The notes under the pieces are model-generated. The model worked only from the letters and a program-made list of their open reading frames with translations. It made no database searches and had not been told where the DNA came from. From positions 1-41,699 of IMG/VR virus record IMGVR_UViG_3300046703_000022: DNA of 41,699 nucleotides. The stretch is one strand, 5' to 3'. Positions 9,048-19,133 of the stretch are shown here, in pieces (the first letter of the stretch is position 1; the number at the start of each line of letters is the position of its first letter). The position numbers were made by a program, and so were the translations under genes. This stretch comes from a virus. Taxonomy: Duplodnaviria; Caudoviricetes.

Positions 9048-10733
9048 ATGGATGAAATGAAACAAACAGATAATATAAATAGGCAACACAAGTGTTTATT
9101 CGACGAATTTGATCGATGGAAGCCGTTATTCCAAGACGTGAGGGATTTTATTAATCCTTATATTGGATTCTTTGATGGTGAAGAAGTTAACAGTGGGCTA
9201 AGAAATGATGAAGAAATGCTTCGTACTATGCCAATTAAGTATAGTCATATCTTGGCTGCAGGTCTTCAATGGGGTATTACCTCTCCTACACGTCCTTGGG
9301 TGAAATTTGCTTTTAAGAATGCTAAAGTAATGCAAAGTTCGGAGGTTCTTACCTGGCTTAACGATGTTAGTAATACTTGTCTTGATATACTGTTTAAAGG
9401 TGGGTTTTATCCAGAAAATCATCAATTTTACTTGGAATTAGGGGTATTTAATACCGCTGCAATGCTGATTGAAGAAGACGATGAGACGGTTATTAACTGC
9501 AGAACATTCACAATTGGTGAGTTTGCTATTGGACTTGACAGTAAGAAACGTCCTAATCAGTTTGCAAGAAATATTGAGATGACACCTTTCCAAATAGTAG
9601 AGAAGTTCGGGATTGAAAATGTACCAATTGTAGTAAAAAATGCATATGAAAATAAAAATTATAACAAAACTATGAAAGTAAAACACTTAATTTGTCCTAA
9701 TTCTCAACATGATGAACAAAAAATAGATAACCAGTCAATGAAATTCAGTGATTATTATTGGTTGGATTCTCAACAAGACGGAACATTTCTAAAAAAAGGT
9801 GGATTTAATGAATTCCCTGTAATGGTAGAACGATATCAGACAAAGGGCGCTGATATTTACGGTACTGGACCTGGTATATGGTCATTAGGTGATGCTAAAC
9901 AGATACAGTTAATGTGGAGAGATATATGCACGGCTGCAGAACTAAGCGTTAAGCCTGCAATACAAGCACCTTCTGACATCATGAAAAATGGTGGAATAAA
10001 TATGTTGCCTGCAGGGGCTAACTACTATAATCCTAATGGTGGTTCTGATGGGAAAATAACTACCGTGTTTCAGCCAACTTTAGATATGAGGGCTGCAGCG
10101 GAAATACAATCATCTATTGAAGAATGTATCAAAGAGCATTTTAATACTAAGGTATTTCAATTATTGTCCGACATGGAAAAAGGTACTAGAACAGCCAGAG
10201 AAGTAATAGAACTATCTTCTGAAAAAATGTCACAGATGGGTCCACTACTTGAAAGATTGCAAACTGGATACCTACCGCAAGTCATTAATAGGATAATCGC
10301 AATAGGATTTAGAGCAGGGGTATTTCCTCCACCACCACCAGAAATAGAAGGTATGGAAATGGATATAGAATATGTATCAATCCTATCACAAGCACAAAAA
10401 CAATATGTTATTACGCCAATTATGGATACTGTGACAAGTACTATACAAATGGCAACAACAGCGCAATTGCCTGAGATACTAGATAAAATCGCATGGGATG
10501 AAGTTGTTGACCAGTTAGGTACTTTGAATGGCGTTCCTCCTTCTATTATTGTATCTGATGAACAGGTTGCAGCAGTAAGGCAAGCGAGGGCCGAGCAGCA
10601 GCAAATGGCTAACGCTGCTGCAATGGCTTCACAATCAGCTCAAATAGCTAAAACAGCTTCACAAGCTGACTTGAGTGGAGATAACGCTCTTACCCAGTTG
10701 CTTGGCGGTCCGTCAGGAGGTTTGCAACAATGA
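9048..10733 (+). CDS. Portal / head-to-tail connector (podovirus type)
   Basis: 561 aa; GITSPTRPW, YGTGPG...LGDAKQIQ, RTAREV...EKMSQMGPLLERL. Confidence 0.93.
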   Translation: MDEMKQTDNINRQHKCLFDEFDRWKPLFQDVRDFINPYIGFFDGEEVNSGLRNDEEMLRTMPIKYSHILAAGLQWGITSPTRPWVKFAFKNAKVMQSSEVLTWLNDVSNTCLDILFKGGFYPENHQFYLELGVFNTAAMLIEEDDETVINCRTFTIGEFAIGLDSKKRPNQFARNIEMTPFQIVEKFGIENVPIVVKNAYENKNYNKTMKVKHLICPNSQHDEQKIDNQSMKFSDYYWLDSQQDGTFLKKGGFNEFPVMVERYQTKGADIYGTGPGIWSLGDAKQIQLMWRDICTAAELSVKPAIQAPSDIMKNGGINMLPAGANYYNPNGGSDGKITTVFQPTLDMRAAAEIQSSIEECIKEHFNTKVFQLLSDMEKGTRTAREVIELSSEKMSQMGPLLERLQTGYLPQVINRIIAIGFRAGVFPPPPPEIEGMEMDIEYVSILSQAQKQYVITPIMDTVTSTIQMATTAQLPEILDKIAWDEVVDQLGTLNGVPPSIIVSDEQVAAVRQARAEQQQMANAAAMASQSAQIAKTASQADLSGDNALTQLLGGPSGGLQQ

Positions 10734-11089
10734 TAAATAAAGAAGATTTAAAACCTACAAAAGAACAAATTAGAGAAAAGATGGATGAACAATATCTGCT
10801 TGACTTGCGGTCTATCATGGACACTGATCACGGTAGGAGAGTATTTAGTTATCTTGTACAGAATTGCGGTTATAAAGATTCGCAACCTTTGGGGAATAGC
10901 AAGGACTTCTTCAATGCAGGGCGCAGGAGCGTTGCTGTTGAGTTAATTTCAGCTTGTGATGCATTGAGTATGTATGGACTAGACCGCATGATAGGAGTTG
11001 ATTTGAGGCTTAAAGCAGAGAGGGAATATATTGTTCACCAGTGGAATGTTATGCAAGACATTATAAAAAACAAAAAGCCTGCACTTTAA
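10730..11089 (+). CDS. Bbp19-like phage protein
   Basis: DLRSIMDTDHGRRVF...FFNAGRRSVA; position after the portal. Confidence 0.75.
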   Translation: MINKEDLKPTKEQIREKMDEQYLLDLRSIMDTDHGRRVFSYLVQNCGYKDSQPLGNSKDFFNAGRRSVAVELISACDALSMYGLDRMIGVDLRLKAEREYIVHQWNVMQDIIKNKKPAL

Positions 11090-11138
11090 CACGGAATGGC
11101 AAAAGGAGTTGATTACAAAAAAAATAGGGGGAATTAAT

Positions 11139-12161
11139 ATGTGGGTAAATTATGATCCAACTGCATTTCTGGAAATGGGAGCAGAGGTAAAACCGACTAA
11201 ATATATTTATGTTGGTAAAAATGGTAATGATACTCTTGGAGATGGTAGTGCAAATTATCCGTACTTAACAATATCAAAAGCGTTTTCAGTTGCTTTAACT
11301 GGGTCTACTGTATTTACTTTTCCTGGTACTTATGCAGAAAATTTAACATTTGTTTCTGGTGTAAGCCTTGTAACTTCCACTAAGTTTTCGGTATATGTAA
11401 CAGGTAATCATGTTGTAAATGTTACTGGAACCTTAGTAGTTGAAAACATTATATTGCAATCAACTACAGGAATTACATTAACATTTTCAGGTACTGGTGT
11501 ACAAAACTTTCAACTAATGGGATCTAGTGTTAATTCTAGTAGCGGAGATGCTATTAATTGGACTAATACTAATGCTGCAAGCAAGATATATTTTGAAGAT
11601 GGTACCTGCAATGTAACTACTTCTGGTGCAACTGCAAGGTGCTTTTACAGTACAACAGGTGCAGCAGGTGGATTAATAGCAAATAGAGTAACTTTTAAAC
11701 TAGATAATTATGCAAATACTTGTTTGTCAATTGGCGGTGCAGTTTCGTTTAATCATACATCTGATGCTGTATATGGAAAGATAGTAGTATCAGGAACAGC
11801 GTCAACATCTTTCACAATGGTTATGATGACAACTACAGCAACAGCAGTATTAACAACTAATTCATCGGGAACAACTGCAATAGCAGAAGTAGTGGCAGTA
11901 ACGAGTGCAACACCTGCCTTTGACGGAGCAGGGGTATTTGCATTTTTTGCAATTGGTTATGGAAGTACCGGAGTTGGCGGAGCTGCAACATTAAATGGCG
12001 GATTTGGAGCGTCACCGTTGACTATGGCACCAATGAGACTACGTGCAGCAACTTTACTTCCTGCTGGTGCGGTGGCTGCTGGATTATTAGGCGGTACATT
12101 TGAATTTGACGGAACAAACTTATATTTTACAATTGGGACTACTAGAAGTGTGATTGTATAA
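11139..12161 (+). CDS. Beta-helix-like structural protein (DUF1565-like N-terminus), possible head fibre/spike
   Basis: YVGKNGNDTLGDGSANYPYLTISKA...PGTYAE; T/G/S/A-rich; GGGGG RBS. Confidence 0.6.
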   Translation: MWVNYDPTAFLEMGAEVKPTKYIYVGKNGNDTLGDGSANYPYLTISKAFSVALTGSTVFTFPGTYAENLTFVSGVSLVTSTKFSVYVTGNHVVNVTGTLVVENIILQSTTGITLTFSGTGVQNFQLMGSSVNSSSGDAINWTNTNAASKIYFEDGTCNVTTSGATARCFYSTTGAAGGLIANRVTFKLDNYANTCLSIGGAVSFNHTSDAVYGKIVVSGTASTSFTMVMMTTTATAVLTTNSSGTTAIAEVVAVTSATPAFDGAGVFAFFAIGYGSTGVGGAATLNGGFGASPLTMAPMRLRAATLLPAGAVAAGLLGGTFEFDGTNLYFTIGTTRSVIV

Positions 12162-12173
12162 GGAGGTGATTTT

Positions 12174-12308
12174 ATGCCATTAAAAAAAGGTTCAAGCCAA
12201 AAAACAATATCCCAAAATATTAAACATGAGATGAATAAACACCCTAATATGAAACAAGATCAGGCGGTTGCGATTGCAATGTCCAAAGCTGGTAAGTCTA
12301 AAAAATAA
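12174..12308 (+). CDS. Small basic phage protein (44 aa, not in ORF track)
   Basis: AGGAGGTG RBS; [20 protein letters not shown]...[15 protein letters not shown]. Confidence 0.75.
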   Translation: MPLKKGSSQKTISQNIKHEMNKHPNMKQDQAVAIAMSKAGKSKK

Positions 12309-12353
12309 TAAGGATGGTGATCCTCATGCGTAAGCATGGGCAATAGCATCAAC

Positions 12354-12386
12354 AAGCAACTATCAAATTGGTAGTTGCTTTTATTA
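12354..12386 (+). terminator. Putative terminator before the scaffold gene
   Basis: AAGCAACTATC-AAATT-GGTAGTTGCTT followed by TTATT. Confidence 0.6.
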
Positions 12387-12411
12387 TACCTATTTTTAAG
12401 GAGGAAACGTA

Positions 12412-12981
12412 ATGCTAGAAGAAACAGAATCAGTGGCACAAGATAACACTATTGCCATTGAAACGCAAACAACTGATGCAACTGTTGAAACTACGTCAAC
12501 AGAACCAACCACAACGACTGAGCAGGTAGTAGAACCGCAAGTAGAAATTACTGGAGCACCTGAACAATATAATGACTTCACTATGCCAGAAGGTTTTAGC
12601 GCACCTATTGAGGACTTCAAGTCTTGGGCGAAAGAAAACAATATGACACAAGAAGTAGCACAGTCGGCAGTTGATTTTTATACTACCAAAGTTGCACCAA
12701 TACAACAAGCGCAACACGAAGCGCAAGTTACAAAATGGACAACTGAAAGTACAGAAAAATACGGTAATAAAGGAATCGAAGCAGCTAACAAAGCGTTAAG
12801 CCGTTTTTCTACTCCTGAATTTACTAATTTTCTTAAAGAAACAGGATTAGGAAATCATCCTGAAATGGTAGGAATTTTCAATACCATAAATGCAAAGATA
12901 TCAGAATCGGGATTTGTTGATGCAAAAACAGCATCTGTAAATAAACCAATGTTCCCAAATAGTCCAGATATGTATAAATAA
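12412..12981 (+). CDS. Capsid scaffolding protein
   Basis: Acidic N-terminus, APEQY.DFTMPEG, LKETGLGNHPEMV; immediately before the capsid gene. Confidence 0.8.
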   Translation: MLEETESVAQDNTIAIETQTTDATVETTSTEPTTTTEQVVEPQVEITGAPEQYNDFTMPEGFSAPIEDFKSWAKENNMTQEVAQSAVDFYTTKVAPIQQAQHEAQVTKWTTESTEKYGNKGIEAANKALSRFSTPEFTNFLKETGLGNHPEMVGIFNTINAKISESGFVDAKTASVNKPMFPNSPDMYK

Positions 12982-12995
12982 GGAGGAAAAAATAA

Positions 12996-14018
12996 ATGGT
13001 AAATAAAATTAACTTTGATCTTCAATTATTCGCAACAGTAGGCACTGGCGTTATGACAGCGCAAGATATTAAGTCAATGGTGGGGCCTGATGGATTAATG
13101 TTAAATATCGTTGAGACATTATTCATAGAAAATCAAATTTTAGAAGATGTTGTATGGAAAGAAGGAAATCTTCCTACTGGTAATTTAACAGGAGTTAGAA
13201 CTAGTATCCCACGTCCTGGTATTCGTATCCTAAATCAAGGTGGTAATCGTAGCAAGTCCAGTTACAAACAAATTACTGATACTTGTTGTATCTTGGAAGA
13301 CAATTCAGAAGTTGATGAAGAAGTATTAGAACTAGCAGCAAATAAAGAAGCCGTTAGAGCAAGTGACATTGTAGGTCATGCAGAAGGATTCAGAGAAAGT
13401 GTAGCTGATATGTTTTTCTATGGTAGCACAGATGCTAATGATGGAGAGTTCAATGGACTTGACGTTCGTTATAATAAAACGTCTGCTACTAAAACAGATC
13501 CTGGATATCAGATTGTATTAGATACAGGAGCAGCCAATGTTAATACTTCTGCTTGGATTATTGATTGGGGCGATAGAAACGTTGTAGGTATTTATCCAAA
13601 AGGTACACAAGCAGGATTACAAACTAGGGACGTTGGAAGAACCCGCATTGAAGATAATTTAGGAAATCCACTATATGCATGGTGTACAAATATGAAGTGG
13701 AAGGTTGGTTTAGCGGTTGAAAACTATCGTAAAGTTGTAAGAATGGCAAATATTGATACAACACCTGCAACACTTAATGCCAATACTACACTTCTTAAAC
13801 GTTTAGTAACCGCTAAAAACAGATTATATTTACCATCTAACCCTATTATGTACGTAAATAATGATCTTTATACGTGGTTAGAAATCCAACTTACTGACGT
13901 TGGTAACCAGTATGTTACTCAATATACCGTTATGGGTAAAACACCACAGTTGTACTTCAAAGGTATTCCGGTTCGCAAATGTGATTCTATTTTGTCTACC
14001 GAAGCAACATTAGTTTAA
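12996..14018 (+). CDS. Major capsid protein (BPP-1 Bbp17-like)
   Basis: NQILED..W.EGN...RTSIP, EFNGLDVRY, FKGIPVRKCDSILSTE; N-terminal NFDLQLFA. Confidence 0.9.
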   Translation: MVNKINFDLQLFATVGTGVMTAQDIKSMVGPDGLMLNIVETLFIENQILEDVVWKEGNLPTGNLTGVRTSIPRPGIRILNQGGNRSKSSYKQITDTCCILEDNSEVDEEVLELAANKEAVRASDIVGHAEGFRESVADMFFYGSTDANDGEFNGLDVRYNKTSATKTDPGYQIVLDTGAANVNTSAWIIDWGDRNVVGIYPKGTQAGLQTRDVGRTRIEDNLGNPLYAWCTNMKWKVGLAVENYRKVVRMANIDTTPATLNANTTLLKRLVTAKNRLYLPSNPIMYVNNDLYTWLEIQLTDVGNQYVTQYTVMGKTPQLYFKGIPVRKCDSILSTEATLV

Positions 14019-14040
14019 TAAAAAAAGGAGGAATTTATAA

Positions 14041-14457
14041 ATGATTAGAGATGCGTTTAATATTTATTCTGATTTACAGGCAGTAACGGTTACTGCTGAT
14101 TCCACAAATACAATTGATCAATTAAAAGCAGGTGACACATATTGTTCTATGTGGTTACGTGTTAGGGTTGAAACCGCTTTTGCTGGTGGTACAAGCCTTA
14201 CTGTTAATCTTTTAACTGCTGACGATACATCGTTTAGTGTTAATTTAAATACTTTCCCGGTATTGGCTACTACTGTTACGGCTAATTTGACAGGAGATAC
14301 AGTATTATGTCAATTCAGAATACCACCTGGGATGCGCAGATATAGTAAGTTAAATTATGTGGTAGTTGGAACAATGTCAGCAGGTACTATTAATGCTGAA
14401 TTGGTTACTGATGTTCCTAATAACCGTCGTGGTACTAAATTAGGATACATGGGCTAA
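14041..14457 (+). CDS. Capsid cement/decoration protein (Bbp16-like)
   Basis: SDLQAVTVTADSTNTID...RRYSKLNYVVVGTMSAGTINA. Confidence 0.75.
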   Translation: MIRDAFNIYSDLQAVTVTADSTNTIDQLKAGDTYCSMWLRVRVETAFAGGTSLTVNLLTADDTSFSVNLNTFPVLATTVTANLTGDTVLCQFRIPPGMRRYSKLNYVVVGTMSAGTINAELVTDVPNNRRGTKLGYMG

Positions 14458-14738
14458 TGATAACTTATAAATGTATAACAGAATGTACATGGAATGGCAG
14501 GCGTTGGCGTGAGGGTGATATAACAAGCCCTTACGGTGACGATGTTGCTGTGCCAGAACATTTCATTATTGGAACAGATGACAATGAAAATACCGAATAC
14601 GAAGAAGACACCGAAGATACAACCGAAGACGAAATAAAACGTGGTTTTCGTGGTAGTTGGAAACTTCCAAATGGTGATGTTTTCACAGGTAAACGAGAAG
14701 AAGCTAGAATTCACTGGAATAAAATAAAGAATAATTAA
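14457..14738 (+). CDS. Hypothetical virion-module protein
   Basis: Coupled TAATG start; acidic linker. Confidence 0.6.
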   Translation: MITYKCITECTWNGRRWREGDITSPYGDDVAVPEHFIIGTDDNENTEYEEDTEDTTEDEIKRGFRGSWKLPNGDVFTGKREEARIHWNKIKNN

Positions 14739-14743
14739 TGGTG

Positions 14744-14770
14744 GGGAGATTTATTTCTCCCCTATTTATA
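14744..14770 (+). terminator. Putative terminator after the head genes
   Basis: GGGGAGA-TTTATT-TCTCCCC followed by TATTTA. Confidence 0.5.
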
Positions 14771-14786
14771 TGGGGGTGAATATATA

Positions 14787-15377
14787 ATGTCTACATCAAA
14801 AACTGACATATGTAATTTAGCGCTTAGCCGTTTTGGGGCTGGGAAGATCAATTCCCTAGATGACGGTACAGAAACAGCTAGATTACTTGATTTAAATTAT
14901 GATAATTGCCTAGAATCGGCACTGAGAGATTTCCCCTGGAACTTTGCACGTAATATACGTGTTCTTGCATTAACAGATGATACCGCTGTTGGATATGATT
15001 ATGTATATCAATATCCTGCTAACTGTGTTAATATTTTGCGAGTTTATGCAGAAAACAATTCTCGTAAGAAAGAAAAAGACGAGTTTAAAATATTTACCAA
15101 TGGTGAAGAAAAGTTTATTGCTACTGATGTTGAAGATGCTTACGTTGAATTCACATACAAGGTAATCATCCCAGATATATATGATTCTTTATTTGTTAAG
15201 GCGCTTAGTTATCAATTGGCTGCAGAGATTGTTAACGCTAAGAATGGTAATTCACAAAAGGCACAAGAAATGGCTCAGAAATATCAAATTGCAATTGCAG
15301 AAGCTCAACACATGGGAGCAGTAGAAACAAGTATACCTTTTGAATTACCTACGTCATACCTAAAAGGAAGGTCGTAA
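14787..15377 (+). CDS. Tail tubular protein A (adaptor, T7 gp11-like)
   Basis: DICNLALSRFGAGKI...FPWNFAR...YQYPANC...FVKALSYQLA. Confidence 0.85.
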   Translation: MSTSKTDICNLALSRFGAGKINSLDDGTETARLLDLNYDNCLESALRDFPWNFARNIRVLALTDDTAVGYDYVYQYPANCVNILRVYAENNSRKKEKDEFKIFTNGEEKFIATDVEDAYVEFTYKVIIPDIYDSLFVKALSYQLAAEIVNAKNGNSQKAQEMAQKYQIAIAEAQHMGAVETSIPFELPTSYLKGRS

Positions 15378-15378
15378 T

Positions 15379-18228
15379 ATGTCTAATATTTACGTCAAAC
15401 AATCTTCTTTTGCTAATGGTGAAGTTAGTTATGATATGTGGGGTCGTGATGATTATGCCAAGTACTTTGTAAGTGCTAATATATTAGAAAACTTCATACC
15501 GCTTCCGTACGGTGGAGCGCAGAATAGACCAGGTACAAAGTTCATTGCAGAGGTAAAAGATTCATCAAAAAAGGTGAAACTTTTACCTTTTCAATTCAGT
15601 GTAGAGCAGGCGTATGTAATAGAAGCAGGAGAAAATTATTTTAGATATTATAAAGACGGCGGTCAGATAATTGATCCAGGTATTAGTGCAATTGTTGAGA
15701 CAACTACAACATATGATGAAGATTACTTATTTAATTTAAAAACGGCACAATCTGCCGACACTTTATATTTATGCAATCCAAATTACAAACCTAAGACATT
15801 GACTAGATCAAGCCATTATGACTGGACATTAGCTGATTTTTCGTATGAAAACGGACCATTTAGAGTACAAAATATTACAGATACAACCATTACGCCTAGT
15901 TCTATGGTGGGAACAGGAATAACCTTAACAGCTTCAACTAGCATATTTACAGCAGATCAAATAGGTTCATTATTCCAAATTAGTCATGATGTAACTAACC
16001 AAATTATTAATAAGACTTTTACATCAACGACAGCAACAGATTCAATTAAGTGTAATGGATCATGGGCAATGATTACGCATGGATCGTGGGCAGGTAAAAT
16101 ATCTTTGCAATGGTCTAAAGACAGTGGAGCAACTTGGCAAACGATTAGAACATATACATCTAATTCAGATACAAATGTTAATGACTCAGGAAAAACAACT
16201 GAACTTGTAATGTTGCGCCTGAATTATTCTAAAACTTCTGGCACATGTTATGCTGATTTAAACGCATATTCATTTGTCAATGATGGAATTGTAAAAATTA
16301 CAGGAGTTACGAGCGGTACAATAGCCATTGCTGATGTATTAACTAGACTAGTTGGTAATGTAACAGTAGCAGGGAAAAGAAACTACACAACCACTGTTAA
16401 TTTTATTGCTGGTGACACATTCACTGTAAATGGGGTAACTTTTACAGCAACGGTATCAACTTCATCACCAACTCAATTCATCGTATCTGGAACGTTAAAT
16501 ACTACGGTAGCTAATTTAGTGGACAGCATGGAACTGAATACTTCAATCTCAAGCCTTTATAGTGTTGGTGCTAGTAGTGCAATAATTACCTTGACTGAAT
16601 TAGCACCAGGAGAAGGTAATACTCCAGGATTATCCACTACAATAGGTACAGGAACAGTGACAAACGGAACAGAAACAACTAGTTCATCAACCGTTCTTCC
16701 CACTAAATATTGGGCAGAGGGCGCTTGGTCAACTAAAAATGGTTACCCAAGTTGTGCTAAATTTTATCAAAATAGATTGGGATTTGCAGGTAGTATAAAA
16801 GATCCATTAACATTATGGTTGTCGCAAACAGGAGACTATCCAAACTTTCTTGTTAATACTCCTACAGAGGATTCAGATTCTATAACAGCACCGCTTGTCA
16901 GTGAGGGCGTAAACTCCATTAGGTCAATGGTATCTATCGGTAATATGATTGCATTTACTGCAGGTGGTACGTGGAAGATAGGCACTGGTAGTGAGAGCGC
17001 AGCATTAACTCCTACAACTGTTAGAGCGTTGCAACAGGGATATATAGGGGCTTCTATACTTAACCCAATTATAGTAGGTAGTAGAATTTTATATTGTCAA
17101 GAAATGGGTAGCACCATAAGAGATATCAGTTATCAGTTGGCTGATGATGTATACAAGGGTGACGATATGACCATGCTGGCACGTCACTTATTCAAAAATC
17201 ATGAGATTGTTGATTGGGCATTCCAACAAGAACCTGACGGAATCATATGGGCAGTAAGAGAAGATGGTGTGTTGCTAAGTTTTACTTATAATAAAGAGCA
17301 AGACGTGTATGCTTGGGCTAGACACATTACTGACGGAGAGTATGAGAGTGTAGCCGCCATACCAGGTAATGGTTACACAGAGATATACTTTGTTGTTAGA
17401 AGAGAAATAAATGGAGTATATAAAAGATACATTGAAAAGTTAGTTCCTAGAATGGTATCGACTGATCCTAGAGATCAATTCTTTGTTGACTGTGGACTGA
17501 CATTAGATAATCCTATTACGATCACAGGAGCAACTAAAGCGAGTACCATTGTAATTACTGCCGTTGCTCATGGTCTTGTAAATGGGAACTTTGTTGACAT
17601 ATCAGACATTAAGGGAATGACAGAATTAAACGGTATGCGTTATAAAGTTGCTAATAAAACTAACGATACATTCCAACTAGTAAATATGGACACTGATGCT
17701 AACATTGATGGTACAAGTTATACCTCTTATAAATCAAGTGGATATGCTAGAAAGTGTGTTCTTACGGTATCTGGTTTAAATCATTTAGAAGATAAAACAG
17801 TAACGATACTTGCTGATGGTAGTGTGAATAGCCAACAGGTAGTATCTGGTGGAAGTATAACTCTTGATGATTACGCTAGTAGGGTACATGTGGGGCTAGG
17901 ATATGATTGCAACTTAGAAACTCTTAACCTAGACTTTCCGATGAAGGATGGCACTGTACAAGGACGTACAAAAGCAATTAGAAACGTTACCGTTAGATTT
18001 GCTAATACTTATGGTGGTTTTGTTGGAACAAATGGAGATAGTAATTTAGAGGTAATAGAACAGATATTATCTTCTATTATGGGTAAACCAGGAGATTTAT
18101 TTACAGGAGACAAAAAGTCTTCACCAAGATCAGATTTTGACACTAACGCAACTGTATATATTAGGCAATCTGATCCATTACCAATGACTGTACTAGCAAT
18201 TATGTCGGAGGTGGAATTCGGTGCTTAA
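15379..18228 (+). CDS. Tail tubular protein B (nozzle, T7 gp12-like) with inserted beta domains
   Basis: SFANGEVS, NRPGT, GYPSCAKFYQNRL, WARHITDG, VHVGLGY, QSDPLPMTVL. Confidence 0.88.
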   Translation: MSNIYVKQSSFANGEVSYDMWGRDDYAKYFVSANILENFIPLPYGGAQNRPGTKFIAEVKDSSKKVKLLPFQFSVEQAYVIEAGENYFRYYKDGGQIIDPGISAIVETTTTYDEDYLFNLKTAQSADTLYLCNPNYKPKTLTRSSHYDWTLADFSYENGPFRVQNITDTTITPSSMVGTGITLTASTSIFTADQIGSLFQISHDVTNQIINKTFTSTTATDSIKCNGSWAMITHGSWAGKISLQWSKDSGATWQTIRTYTSNSDTNVNDSGKTTELVMLRLNYSKTSGTCYADLNAYSFVNDGIVKITGVTSGTIAIADVLTRLVGNVTVAGKRNYTTTVNFIAGDTFTVNGVTFTATVSTSSPTQFIVSGTLNTTVANLVDSMELNTSISSLYSVGASSAIITLTELAPGEGNTPGLSTTIGTGTVTNGTETTSSSTVLPTKYWAEGAWSTKNGYPSCAKFYQNRLGFAGSIKDPLTLWLSQTGDYPNFLVNTPTEDSDSITAPLVSEGVNSIRSMVSIGNMIAFTAGGTWKIGTGSESAALTPTTVRALQQGYIGASILNPIIVGSRILYCQEMGSTIRDISYQLADDVYKGDDMTMLARHLFKNHEIVDWAFQQEPDGIIWAVREDGVLLSFTYNKEQDVYAWARHITDGEYESVAAIPGNGYTEIYFVVRREINGVYKRYIEKLVPRMVSTDPRDQFFVDCGLTLDNPITITGATKASTIVITAVAHGLVNGNFVDISDIKGMTELNGMRYKVANKTNDTFQLVNMDTDANIDGTSYTSYKSSGYARKCVLTVSGLNHLEDKTVTILADGSVNSQQVVSGGSITLDDYASRVHVGLGYDCNLETLNLDFPMKDGTVQGRTKAIRNVTVRFANTYGGFVGTNGDSNLEVIEQILSSIMGKPGDLFTGDKKSSPRSDFDTNATVYIRQSDPLPMTVLAIMSEVEFGA

Positions 18229-18634
18229 TTCGCGAGAAGCTACATTGGAAGATTTTGTTAATTTTGAATTACATCAAAAAAACATTGACGAATTAAAAGC
18301 ATCTTTAAATATAGACATAACGATTATTATGAAATTCTTATGGGACAATTCGCAAGATAAAACAATAGTATTGGTTGATGATAAGCCTACTTGTTTGTTA
18401 GGTGTAATAAACTCAACGGAAGTATGGCTTTTCTTTTATAAAGATATTGATAATCTTCCTATCAGTTTTTTCAAATTAGGTAAAAAGTTTATTGCTAAAT
18501 ATGATAAGTTGCAAGGACATATTTATTCTGAAAATACTTTCGCTTTGCAGTGGGCTAAATTCATGGATTTTACGATTGAAGAACCGCAACCATACGGAGT
18601 TAATGGAGAATTATTTCATAAATTTTATAAATAG
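18221..18634 (+). CDS. T7 gp13-like / GNAT-fold internal virion protein
   Basis: GGAGGTG RBS with GTG; EVW...ENTFALQWAKFMDF...GELFHKF; synteny. Confidence 0.65.
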   Translation: MLNSREATLEDFVNFELHQKNIDELKASLNIDITIIMKFLWDNSQDKTIVLVDDKPTCLLGVINSTEVWLFFYKDIDNLPISFFKLGKKFIAKYDKLQGHIYSENTFALQWAKFMDFTIEEPQPYGVNGELFHKFYK

Positions 18635-18645
18635 GTGGTGATTAT

Positions 18646-19116
18646 ATGTGTGGGCCAGGAGTAGGAACTATTGGAAATGTACTTGGTACTGGAATGCAAA
18701 TGAATGCTGCAACAAATCAAGCGAACTATCAAGCAGGTATCGCTAATCAAAACGCAGCAATAGCGCAAGCACAGGCGGTATCAGCAGGACAGCAAGGAAC
18801 TAACGAACAAGTACAGATTAGAAATAAAGCAAGTCAAATCACAGGAGCGCAAAAGACTACATTATCTGCAAATGGATTAGACATTCAAGCAGGAACACCG
18901 TTATCTATACTTGCGGATACTGCGCAACAGAGTGAACAGGATGTTCAAACGTCCAGATATAATACCGCAATGCAAATGTGGGGACTTAATAATCAAGCTA
19001 ATCAATATAAATCAGATGCTAAAAACGCAATACAGGCAGGTAAAAATTCTTCAAATTCTGCTTTGCTTAGTGGAATAACTACCGCAGCAAAACAGTATTC
19101 TGCTTATAAAAAGTGA
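18646..19116 (+). CDS. Internal virion (ejection) protein, gp14-like
   Basis: MC start, A/Q/N-rich, SANGLDIQAGTP; synteny. Confidence 0.75.
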   Translation: MCGPGVGTIGNVLGTGMQMNAATNQANYQAGIANQNAAIAQAQAVSAGQQGTNEQVQIRNKASQITGAQKTTLSANGLDIQAGTPLSILADTAQQSEQDVQTSRYNTAMQMWGLNNQANQYKSDAKNAIQAGKNSSNSALLSGITTAAKQYSAYKK

Positions 19117-19133
19117 TATAAGGTGGTGAGTAA

